Shown: piece by piece, positions 38,201 to 50,694 of the stretch
Position numbering within the stretch: the first letter of the stretch is position 1
Layout: each line of letters opens with the position of its first letter
DNA from: Heteronotia binoei
Lineage: Eukaryota
Direction of reading: 5' to 3'
DNA: 64,000 nt
Assembly (NCBI RefSeq): GCF_032191835.1
Contig: NC_083228.1
Coordinates: 31,682,001 to 31,746,000, forward strand
Notes under the pieces: generated by a model
Told to the model about the DNA's origin: nothing
Seen by the model: the letters and a program-made list of their open reading frames with translations, nothing else
Databases searched by the model: none
Made by a program: the position numbers and the translations under genes

Positions 38201-41169
38201 CCTCTATTCAATAGGTGTCTCAATTGGTTCTGCAAAATAATAATTTCCCGCAATATTTTCTTTTTCCCTGGTCTTTTTTTCAGTTCATTTTCTTTTTTAC
38301 CTATTTCTGTTTGTAAGTTCATCAATTGTTTTTCTTTAGCTCTTTTATCTTTATTGTTCAATGTAATTAGTATTCCTCTCATAACAGCTTTGTACGCATC
38401 CCATACGGTCTGAATTTTTACATCCTGATTTTCATTCATTTGGAAAAAAGCTTTAGTTTCTTTTTCAAGAGCTTTCACTGTTTCTACTCTTTGCAATAAG
38501 TTTTCATTTAACCTCCATCTTCTCGTCTTTTTCCTTTCTTTCGCTAACCACATTAATGGATTGTGGTCTGCACCTATTTTCAGAAGAATCTCTGCTTTAT
38601 TAGTTATAACTCTCAAATCCTTCGTGGACCATATCATATCAATTCTTGAGAAGGAGTTGTGCCTTGCTGGAAAAAAAAGTATAGTCACGCATTTTAGGAT
38701 TAAATTTTCTCCATATATCTTCCAGACTTTCTTGCTTGTAAGTTCAAAAAATGACCTTGGTAGCTTACTATCTTTGTTCTTTTTATTTCCAGATCTGTCC
38801 AAAAAGTTATTGATAGTTCCATTAAAGTCTCCCATTAGCATTACTTGATTATGTCACTTGGTCTAATTGTTGCATAATGTTTTTAAAGAAAGCATCTTTC
38901 GCCCCATTTGGGGCATATAGTCCCAGTAACAACATCTTTTTCTCATTCATAAACACCTCCACTGCAACTTATCTACCTTCATTGTCTTTAAAAATCAATT
39001 TTGGCTGCAATTCTTTTTTAATATAAAAAGCCACTCCCCCCTTTTTTTTCTTGAGCTAGTGAAAAAAATTCTTCTCCAAGAGATTTGTTCCATAAAAATT
39101 TGTAACCCAATCGCTTAATATGTACTTCTTGTAGACAAACTATATTACATTTCTGTATTTTAATCCAATGGAAAGTTACTTTCCTTTTTTGTGGTGAATT
39201 AAGTCCATTTACATTCCAAGAAATTAATTTGTAATCCATAATGATTCTTCAATTATTCTGTATCCCCAAACTCTTTATAGTCTGCAAAAAACTTCTCCAT
39301 GCCTTGAGTATCTATTATTGTAATTCTCAGTTCTTTATACTCAAAGCTAAGACCTTCAGGTAAGATCCATCTGTACCTTATTCCCTTCTCTCTTAAGCTT
39401 ATCTGTCAATTTCTTGAATTGTTTTCTGTCACTAATAACCTTCCTCGGCAGCTCCTTCATTATTCGTACTCTGCTTTCCTCCACAACCATTGGGCTTTCA
39501 AATTGTTGACTTAAGATCCTTCCCACCAAGTCCCTTGAAGTAAACTTTACTACCACGTCCCTTGCGCTTTCTAGCAAATTCTGAGTTGACCCTGTTTACA
39601 TAGTCACACAAATGTCCCATCACCTCAGGGTCATCTCCCATAAACTCAGCAATGATTGTAGCAATGTACTTCTTTAGATCCTCTTGGTCTTTTTCAGGCA
39701 CTCCCCTTGGGCGAATCATATTCTCCATTAACTTACAATCTTGTAGTATTGCTTTATCCTGCATCTTCTTAACAGTACCATCTTGATCTTTAATTTTAAC
39801 TTCTATTTCCTGTCTTTTTAGCTGTTGCTTGAGACTCCTTTCTGAGATCATCAATCTCTTTTTTAATCTCTTTCTTGACTTCCTCAGCACTGGAGATTAT
39901 TTCTTTAGTTAACTTCTTCTCACTTCCAGTTATTAAATCGTTCATTACCTTCACCAATCTTGCCTCCATAGCATCCAGTTGTTCTTGAACTTGTTTAGCC
40001 ATTTTCCCTTCTCCCAACGAGGCTGCTCTTAGACGTGTAACCTTTGGACCCAGCTTCTGACCAAACATCACTATCTTCCCATTGCATAAAATGGGTTCTT
40101 AAGTTGACCTCACCAAACCACAATCTGATGCCAGATTTCAATAGATTAGAGCATGCCCTTTCCAGCAAGCCCAAAATCGCCGTCTTCTGAGTTTCCTAGC
40201 TCCAGATATTAATTTTTAAAGTTCCTAATTTTTCCAAGATGGCGGCCATGATATTTCCAAGCCTCTTTTTAAAAAAGTTTTCTTTTTTCTCCTAGGGCTT
40301 ATTATTTATTTTCAAACAAACAGTCCAAGCTGTGTTACCTTTTGGGAATGATTTGTGTCAGTTTTGTAAATGTTTAAAGTCCAGTTCCAATTTATTTTAT
40401 GTAAAACCTTTGACCTTTCTGTAATGGCTGCTGGTGTTTCTCTGTGGTTCCTGGCTCTAGAGAAGACCCGGATGCTTAAAGATTCCTCTTCTTTCAGTAC
40501 TTGCTTCCTGACTCTCTGGCCGTGAAGTCTTGTTCTCGATGGTTGTAAATCCCGCGATAGTTGAAAAACGTCACTTCCTCTCTCATATTCAGAATCTGCA
40601 GCTGTGTTATGGCTGGGTTTTTTTTTCAAAGCCACAAGAATTTCAAACAATTATTTTTCTGCACTTTTCTGCTTGCTCTTAACTCCAAAAATTCCACTTT
40701 TACCCCCTTCCACTTCTCCTTGATTTTATGCTCTTGCAAATAGTTCCAGATCTTAAATCTTTTGTTTTAACAATCTTATTTTAGTCCCAGAGTGATAGAT
40801 AAGAATCCTTTACCTTAACCAAGTCTATTGTTCTTTATACCGTCCACTTTGCCTTCAGATGTTATTATAGTCCATAGAAAGCTGGAATCTTGATGAGTTT
40901 ATGTCAATTTAATGACTCCGGAGATTCTTTGTAGACGATGGAATGCAATTCTTCATCGAGGATTCTTCAAAGCCAAAAAGAAACCCCTCCTGGGATCTCT
41001 CGTCAGCCAAAGTAAGTCCCCTCAATTTTCAAGCATGTCTTAGACAGATTCCTTTACTGGAAAATGTAGGCAGCAGGTGTTAGAATGCCTTTTATGCCCA
41101 AAACAAAGATTCCGGTCTGCTCCTCCAGAAAGAAGCAGGTCAGCTCACCATGTTCCAGCCCCGGAAGTC
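35225..41169 (-). mobile_element. L1-clade LINE complete at both ends (5'UTR, ORF1 ~40071-39250, ORF2 39239-35540, A-rich tail), with internal RT deletion and frameshifts
   Basis: 17-bp TSD AATAGCAATGCTATGCT at 35208-35224 and 41170-41186. Endonuclease MDYKLISWNVNGLNSPQKRK…CLQEVH; KAPGPNGF, NYTPISLLN, KYLGVEIT, KVNVLPRI; C-terminal HMWWTC. Confidence 0.93.
37517..38052. mobile_element. hAT-type MITE nested in L1 ORF2
   Basis: TIRs TAGGGTTGCCAA / TTGGCAACCCTA; 8-bp TSD AGCTTGAT/GGCTTGAT. The L1 frame (…KEIVDQAGIKREFYKFY…) rejoins when the MITE is removed. Confidence 0.9.
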
Positions 41170-41684
41170 AATAGCAATGCTATGCTGAAAGGATTTTCTT
41201 GCCACACACCCATCCGATACATTAAATGAAACTCTGGCATGTGGATTTAATATGCACAGAAAATTGTCATTAGTGTTAAGTAGATAAAAATACATTGTTT
41301 AAATTATTGTCTGTGTATATATGCTGTCTCTCCTTTCCTCATTCAATGTCGGAAAGCTTGTCCTGGGTATTTCAGGACCCATGTGGAGTAATAGCCAACA
41401 CAGAAAGCTGGAGTGTGTTGAAAGGGTTATTCCGTATGGTTCTTATTCCATATGGGTCCTGCAACCTCAGGAATAAACTTTCTCAGGACTGAGAAAAGCT
41501 GGGAAGACTGGCAATACTTGAGTGGTCCTCAGAGGGCTCTTGTGCTGGATCTAGCCCACTAAGTGCGAAGTAATAATAACTAAGCACACCCTGGGGTTGA
41601 TTTTTAGCCTTGTTATCTCTTGAAGTGGTGGCTTGCCCCTTCAGCTCCTACATGCCATTCGGTCTCCTTCTTACTGGCATATAC

Positions 41685-42075
41685 ACTTTGTGTGTGTGAA
41701 CTGCCATTAAATTGCTTCCAACTTACGGTGACCCAGAAATAAGGCCCTCCAAAACATCCTTTAACAGCCATTCTCAGGTCTTGCAAACTGAAGACCACAG
41801 CTTTCTTTACAGAGTCAATCCATCTCGTGCTTTGTCTTCCTCTTTTCCTGCTGCCTTCAACTTTTCCTGGCATTATTGGCTTTTCCAGTAACTCTTGTCT
41901 GGTCATAAGGTAACAAAAGCCCAACAATCTCAGTTTAGTTATTTTAGCTTCTAGGAAAAGTTCAGGCTTGATTTGATCTAGAACCCATTTAATTTGTCTT
42001 TTTGGTGGTCCATGATATCTGCAAAAGTTTCTTCCAACATCACATTTCAAGGGAATCTACATTCTTCCTGTCAGC
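41685..42075 (-). mobile_element. RTE/BovB-like LINE 3' fragment
   Basis: WVLDQIKPELFLEAKITKLRL…LEKPIMPGKVEGSRKRGRQSTRWIDSV. Confidence 0.88.
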
Positions 42076-43847
42076 TTTCACACCCGTAATGAGGAATACT
42101 ACTTGCTCTTGCTCTTACATTTGAGGATCTTTTCTATCTCATTCATGACTGTTCTTTCCAGTCCCAATCTCTAATTTCTTGGGTGGTCTCCCTTTCAGGA
42201 GTCTCACCTCTAGGCATATAATGCCAAATCATGTCAGAATATCCCTTGCTGCTGTGGATACCTATTCAAAAGCCCCCGAGTCATCTCAAGAAAGTTGGCA
42301 GAGGAGTGCAACAAAATGCCCACTTGGAAGCGCTTTATTTATTACATTTATGTACCATCTTTTTGCAAAGAACATTTAAGATGGTTTACATTATAAAAAT
42401 AGCACGATAACACAGCGCAAAAGGGAAAATGGAGGTGAAAGAAAATAAATCCAGGCAACCAAACATATTGTTAGCTTCTACGGTATTTATTAGGAAACTG
42501 ACAGTTTGACCATAAAGAACAGTGAAGATGCACAACTCCAACAGCTTCAGACCATCCCCAACTTACTGAACTTAAGCCTTAGGTCTTCTGCCCAATTTCA
42601 GCCCCATTTTTGCACTTGAAGCCTTTGTCCATGAAAGCACAGTTAAACAAGATCAGAGAAATACACTGATCTGGCATTTAGAAAATGTAGGTTACCAAAA
42701 GTGAGATGAAACATATTAGTAAATTTATAGTGCCATACCAGATACGGGCTTAGCAGCCTTTGCAGAGCTGTTACCACGAAGATTCCTAAGGACTGGGTAT
42801 GCAAGCTAGTCATTTCAAACAAGGGCTTCCTAGTGTCTTTTTTGCAGTTGCTAATATTCAGGATGGTTGTAAGACTTTTAGGCTAGAGAAAACAGTTGTG
42901 CTTTTGGGATGCTGATGATGCTCAACTCAGATCCTGCAGTATAAGTCCTCACAAACCACACAGGATGCATGTAACTAGTGAAGGTGAACCCAGACAAAAT
43001 AATAACTGGGTCATACAAAATCGTGCATTGGATATATGGTTAGGAATGTCTGTTGTTGACAGGGTTCATTTTCTCCTGATCACACAAGCAGTCTTGGGAA
43101 GCATTTGGTTTCCAAACCATGCCATCCTTGTACCTTCAGGGTAGATTTCAAAAAATACCTGTAGACCAGCATCTTTGTTCCTGTGGTACCAATCAGACAG
43201 AAGATATTGCTCATTGTATTCTGTCCTGTCCATTCTATGGGCCCATTCGAAATAAACTGCTGAATCAATTTCTCACAGCTTAAATCAGAAGAGGAATGTA
43301 TTACATTTTTATTGACTGATGCCATTCAATACGTTACCCTTAAGGTGGCTACTTTCATCTTTTTAGCAACAAAAATAAGATAATCACAGCCACCCATACA
43401 AGAATTTTGGCCAAGTTACAGTCTCATTCTGTTACATTGTTTTATTATTTATGTTTTAAATCTTGTTCATAGTTCTGTATTTCACTATGGTTTTTAAAAA
43501 AATGTTTTAATTTTTGTGGCTAGAATTGTACACTTTGGGGGGTTTGCTGGGTTGTTATGGCCTATGGTTATAATAAAATACTTTGAACTGTTGTGAGTGG
43601 ATGTCCAAATGGTGGCAGTAGGCCAGGGACCCACATGCTTTTGGGACCACCCCTCCTGGTATATCCCCAAGAGAGCCTTGCACTCTGGTGACCATCATCT
43701 GCTGATGGTACCTGACCTGAGAGACATTTTCTCAGTTTGAAACATTTGCATTGTTCAGATCAACATTAAAGGATCCAGCAAATATGTAAGACAAACTGCC
43801 AATAGTAGAGGGATACTGTAAAGCCCCCTCCCACCCACCCCAAATAT

Positions 43848-44408
43848 CATATCATAGAGTTGAAGGGACCTCCAGGGTCATCTAGTCCAACCCCCTGCAC
43901 AAAGCAGGAACCTCACAAACGCCTCCCCCTAAATTCACAGGATCTTCATTGCTGTCAGATGGCCATCTGGCCTCTGTTTAAAAACCTCCAAGGAAGGAGA
44001 GCCCACCATCTCCTGAGAAAGCCTGTTCCACTGAGGAATCGCTCTGTCAGGAAGTTCTTCCTAATGTTGAGCCAGAAACTCTTTTGATTTAATTTCAACC
44101 CACAGGTTCTGGTCCTACCTTCTGCTTCTGGGGCCACAGAAAACAATTCCACACCATCCTCTAAATGACAGCCCTTCAAGTACTTGAAGAGGGTGATCAT
44201 ATCATCTCTTAGCCGCCTCCTCTCCAGGCTAAACATCCCCAGCTCCTTCAACCTTTCCTCATAGGACTTGGTCTCCAGACCCCTCACCATCTTCGTCGCC
44301 CTCCTCTGGATCCGTTCCAGCTTCTATATCCTTCCTAAAATGTGGTGCCCAAAACTGAACACAATACTCCAGGTGAGGTCTTACCAGAGCAGAGTAAAGC
44401 AATACCAT
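43848..44408 (-). mobile_element. CR1 LINE 3' fragment
   Basis: [40 protein letters not shown] (CR1 RT C-terminus) and the CTAGATGACC…CTATGA tail. Confidence 0.92.
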
Positions 44409-45066
44409 GCATATCATCATCATATTTTATCAGACAGGGAAGGAAAGCAGACCTGGAGGTTTTAGATGCAATAAATTAATGTACTGAATCTAAAACTAAT
44501 GCATTTTTTGTTTTAAAAGATCCTATATGAAAAGGTCTTGTTTTCAGACTTGTCTAAAATGAAGAAAGCTGGAGTTTTGTATAAGCCATGACATTTTTAT
44601 TTGTATTATGCAATATAAATATACATTGCTGGTAGAGACATACAAAAAAGTAGATGAAAAACAATTCAAAAATTTGTGTTGAGTAGTTGTTAATTACAAG
44701 GCTGAAATTAGCAAATATACATGCTTTCTTCAGTGACTGCACATTATTTACAAGCTGAATATCTGAAGCCCACAATCAAAGTACTTCCTAATAAGTAAAA
44801 TGATGGTGATTTTATACATAGCAGTTTTAATTTGTAAGAGAATGCTTATTTACACATTTAAACAAGCATCTCGTCTCATGATCAGTCACTGCTTTAATTC
44901 TCACAGCTTGATTTATCCTAATGGACAGTTTCCAGAAATTTAAAACCTCATCATCCTTTCTTTTTCAAGCATACAATCTTATCTCAGCTCCTTCTCAGCC
45001 ATGCATAATTTCTGAATGCATTCATGACTGCACTCAGGAATGACAAAATATAATTTACCTAATATT

Positions 45067-48000
45067 TTATTCTTCAGATTTCTTTACACTGGATGCTGAG
45101 GAGGCCCTTTTGCTCCCCAACCGATTTTTTGAAGTTGTAGACTGTTTTTTTGAAGTTGCCTCTTTTACAGTGTTCTTTTCTTTTGAGATTTTCCTTCTGT
45201 TTTTATGACGTATAAGATCTCCACGGCCAATTTCTGCCATGTGCTCCTCCCACGACTTCATTTCATTTTCATACCGGATCTTATCATCTTCAGCAAGCTG
45301 ATGATATGTCTAAGAAGGAATACTCAGTAAGTTTTTTCACAAAGAGAAACTGATTGTATGACAAGAAGAAGTTTAAAGGCACCAGAAACCTCAGGAACAT
45401 TGTACCAGTATCTGAGACATTTGCCTCACAGAAATAAAGGCATTTTGGAAGTATCTTAGTGCTCTCCATACATGTAGGAAACATTTATGTACATTTGTTT
45501 CTCTAAAGGTGTATGTTCAGCAGAACTCCAGAAGTTGTTTGATGAAAACTTGGTATTTGCCATGGAATGCAAGCATGCATATTCTTTCCTTCAAGACAAG
45601 TGCACACCCCTTAAGGTACAGCTGTTAAGGTGTGTACCTTAAAGTGATGCTGGAGAAGTTCTTCAAGACAAGTTCTGATAATTTCTTCAGGAGCACAGTC
45701 AAGGTGTTTTAGACTTTTTAAAGCCTGCTCACCCAAAGATCCGCTAGTAAAATAAAGGCATTTGAATTTTTTTTTCAGCCATACCCAATACTTAAGATAT
45801 TGTTTAGTTTTCTAAAACAATGTCAATAAGCAAAAGTAAATACATTTCAACATGCATGCAAAGGACTACCTGAAGCAAATGTTTCTTTTTTCATTGAAGT
45901 AGAAAACTCAAAACAAATTAGCTGCATCAACTGAGTCAGCACTAGTGAGAATGTTGGTACCTTAACCACACTGATTACTGACAAGTACAAATCACTGTAT
46001 GTTTAAATTCTTCAAGCAAATTTTTAAAAGAGAAGGAAAGCCTCATAACAATGTCCTCGCCAATAGTTAATTGCAACTTCAAAGCAAGAGATGAGACTGA
46101 ATTTCACCTTTCCATGTGTGAGTGATGTGCTTCTGGAAAGGGCAAAATTTCTTTCTCACAGAAGCTCTATATGCTTTATGGGGTACCATCTCTGGAGGGC
46201 CCCAATTGTTGGAGAGGGAAAAAAATGTTTGTTGTAGCTGTCTGCAGAAACTTAAAAGACTCCATGCATGAGGGAACAGCCACTTGTCAGTTTGGATCCC
46301 AGCCAGTACATGGTAACAGGAAAAGGCCAACCCTAGTATTTTATAATAGTTTGAGAAGCCAAATATCTCTTCAAGTGAACTTGACATTCACACCTAGAAA
46401 ACTAGCAGCACTGTCAAGGCCTACAAAAAATCCCTTAAGAGAAAACCTGCTGTTGAATGCAAAGGGAAGATACAGCAAATGAATTGACAAAATTTCCATT
46501 GCTGTTAGATGCAAAAAGCTAATATTGAGTTTAAGATAATCACAAGGAAGAAGTACCTTTTGAGACACAGGAGGGATCTGCAAAACTCAGTCACACAATT
46601 TTTAAGCAGCCAAGCATATCTGAACACTTTCCCATGAACCTGAGTTCTAAGTCAATTACTGCTGGAAAAAACTTCAGCTACAAAACTTAAACATGGCAAT
46701 CTCTAGCCACTAAACTTCAAAGACAGTTTTATGATAATACCTGCTTTTGAAAACTGGCCAATTTTTGCCATTCTTCAAATAGATTTTTCATCTTTCCCTA
46801 TAAGAAAAAAAACACATGCAGATCTGTGAAAGAAATATCCCTCTACCCATACTTAAAGTGTTCATATTTATTAAAGATACAAGTCATATATAGAGAGAGA
46901 CTACTAGGCAACACAGTGACATACAGTCACAGGTAAGGATGACATCTCAGTGATAAGGCTTTGGGTTCAATGGACTGCATATTTTGCATTCATGATGCAG
47001 TCCCCATCTGCAACCCCAAAACCTCAAAAGTTCTAATGCTGGATGCTGGAGGACTCACATGGATAAAACTCCACATGACCGGGGATGAAGAGAACCAGGT
47101 AAAATTGGCTTCTCCTTCCTCCTGCACCAATAGCACTTTCACTAATGCAATCAGTTCTGCTTGGTCCCCCTGACCTCTGCAGATCTTATAGTATCAGGAC
47201 TGGCATTTTAAAAGTCTTGACCTAATGCAAGAGGGGGGGGGGGGGGTAAAGGTGAAGAATCACACAAACTCTACAGTGCAAGCCATCATCTGAGGAAGTC
47301 ATAAACAGCAAGCAGATTAAGAGAGGCTTTTGTGCAGACCATTCCTCCATTACGGAGCTCATTCTCCCAGAAAGTCGCCAAAATCCCAACCTAAACGTTA
47401 TTGAAAAGCAGCAGAAGATCAATTTTGGCAAGTTTTGAATGGCTTGGGGACAGAATTTATAACCAAGTTGCTGACCATTCCATGTCTTCGTTTAAATAAA
47501 AGAAAGGCAGTTACAGGAGCCATTAAAAACGGTAACTTTCCAATCCTAGTTCCAAAGATTTAAAAGAAATGGCAAAAGCATAATTTCCATTGCCAAACAA
47601 GTTGTTAGGTTAAGATTGCTAACTTTGGGCATTAGGATTAGTGGAGATGGGTACGACCAAATTTAGAATTATGGGAGCAGAAAAATTATCCATTGTTAGA
47701 AAATAAATTATCTAAATATAATTAAACATCATAAGCAAGTGCCTTTTCTTGACATCTCTTACTTTTTAGGATGTTGACTGGCAGGTAATCTACCTCCAGA
47801 AAGAGGTTTAAGGTTTTCAAATATACAGACAGGGAGAGAATCTCAGGATGGCTGGGATTAAACCATGACAAAAGCTGTCTGTTTTACAGGTCAATTATGC
47901 ATGAGTGCATAGGTACAAAATTCCTATCTTCATGACCTAAGATTATGCATCAAAGACATGGGGGAAAACTAGCTATAAAAAGCAAACTGTGAAGCATATA

Positions 48001-50641
48001 ACTTGTTATTGGGATACAGAATTTTAGGGCAACAATCTGACATGTTATTTAGCTGTAGTTAATTAAAAATATGCATAAACCTGGTTTATTAGGCTTGCAC
48101 TCACCCTTCCCCTTTCCCACTTCTTTGCATTGAGAATCACAGTCAGAAACTAACTCCAGTTAGCTATGACATATGAAACCAGGAAAGAAGTTTTACAGCA
48201 ATCTGTCTCCCTCAGCAAACTGGAATTCATAGGTTTAAGATCCTATAGAGCCATTTTACAGAGGGAAGGATTCTCATCATCAGAATGTGACTTCCTTGTC
48301 TCCCCACTTCTGCAGCAGCCCCAACTGCCCCTTTCTGAAAGATCCGTGCTACAATAACAAATACAAGGCTAAAGTATATTGAAAAAAATTATCATGTTTA
48401 GAACAAATTCTATAACAAAGACTTCTTAAATAAAGTGACTTTGTGCTAATTTACTATCCTCAGCATACAAACAAGGTTACAACTTGATTCCACACACTGA
48501 GATTCCCATAAACAAACCTATTTCATAAATCAGTACACAGAATGAGACCATTCCTTTGACTTCTTGAGAGTAGTCAATCAATTCTCATATCCTGAGTAAC
48601 AGGAACCACACGTAGAAATATTCTGTCACTAGCCACCTTCAACACCGTGCAACTACTCCTGGGTGAACCTGATATCTCAACTGTAGTTCAGATACTCCAA
48701 AGGCACTCCAACCTGGACTCGTCCCACTGGGATGGTAAATTCAACGATATGACAGAATATTTCTACTTATTGTTTTCTTTCCCTTTTTATTCTCAGTACA
48801 GATATAATTTTGTTATTAGAACAGCAGCTCTGCTTATTTACCTGAGATGAGACTCCTTTAGCTTCTTGGAAATGTTCAGACATAAAAATATTGAAGGCAC
48901 TGCGAGGTCTTTTAGGTTTTCCAAGCACTGTTAATTGCTAAAAAGGAAAAAAAAGGACATCTGTAAGTAGCTCTCTCTCTAGATAGTGAATCCAGTCAAA
49001 GATTATTACTTTTGGTGGCAGCTCCTACTGCCTCATGGATGCTGTTCTAGAGTCCCACTAACCAGGGGTGGGTGGGGGTGAGGAGAGAGCTCTTGTGTTA
49101 AAATTTAAGTTTTCTATATCAAGATCTAATCAAAGCAGCATAACATCTTTACTAATAATGATGATTGCATTGCATTCCTCTACTCTGCTCTTCCACACAC
49201 ACACCCCACTCCCGAAAAGTTTTCCTGTTAAGGAAGATTGTCTACCATGATCTTAGCATTTCTGACACTTTGAAACATTTACATTGTTCAGACCAATATT
49301 AAAGGATCCAGCAAATACTAAAGTAAGACAAACTTCCAACAGGATAGGGATACTGTAAAACCCTTCCCATCCACCCCAAATATATAAAAGAAACCGCACA
49401 GTGCTTTGGATCTTGAACTTCACTTTTAAGTTATGCCAATTTCTCAGGAAAGGACATTAAGACATCAAGTCACATTAAAAGCATTCACTTCTAAAAATCA
49501 AATGATTAATTTGAAAACTAGCTAAATTAGAGAATGATTGCTGTTTCTGTATGTAGGGGCAGATATTATACTGTCCCTTTGGACTGTAATGTAGAGGGAG
49601 TCGCATACAACTATCACAGTTCTTTCTGTTCCCCCTTAAAGCAAGATACTAGAAAGTGTGCATAAACACAAATACCGCAGTTCTTCACCAAGTTTATTTA
49701 GCTGGGAGTGACAGTGCAGGAAAACCAGTTGCCAGTTCCAGGTGTAAAAGATATCACGCAGAGATCTAAGATTATTAATCCAGCACAAGGGAACATGCAG
49801 CCAAAGGGACAGCCTCTGGAGTTTGCTCCTCAGCTGCTTTCCAGCTTGCTTGCAGAGTATGACTGAACAGACACAATGATGAGGGGGGTCACACTACAAA
49901 AACACTTCTATTGGTTGATCCACGTGGGCAGGTGTGTTGGTCTGAAGCAGCAGAACAAAGTCTGAGTCCAGTGGCACCTTTAAGACCAACACAGTTTTAT
50001 TCAAGGTATGAGCTCCCCCTCCCAGTGTATCTGAGGAAGTGTGCATGCACACAAAAGCTCATACCTTGAATAAAACTTTGTTGGTCTTAAAGGTGCCAGT
50101 GGACTCAGTTCTAGTGGTTTTGTATGGGCAAGCTTCCAATAGCTTCAAAACTGAAAATTAATCATTCAAGCAGGAACCAGTGGCAAACTTATGGTGAGGT
50201 TCTTTGAACACCACCAGGAGAGGAGGACAGGCAAGCACTAGGTGCCAGTGGTGTTACGGCTGAAATGGCTCCCAGTCAGCTGTGGGCTCCCTCTAAACTC
50301 TAACCCTCCTCATGCTCAACAGCCCCAAAATCGATTGAAAGTTTGCGTGGGAAACAGATAAACTGCACTTGCTCCCTCCAAGCCCAAATGCTACAAATTG
50401 AAAGCACATTTTTTTTTAGTCACTTTTTCCCTCCTGTCAGCAAGGAGGCAGTGGTGCCAGGTAGCAGTGGCAGACCAAACATTGCTGCCACTCAGCACTG
50501 ACCTTTGCAGCCACCTTCTTCTCTTCTCTGCCACCATTCCCCACCCCAAAGTATCTTGCTTGGCAACTGTAAATGAGACAGCTGAGATCTCATGATGTGT
50601 TTGTTGCCTTGAGACCCCCACACGGTTTTTTTGTTAGAAGT

Positions 50642-50694
<53 letters not shown>

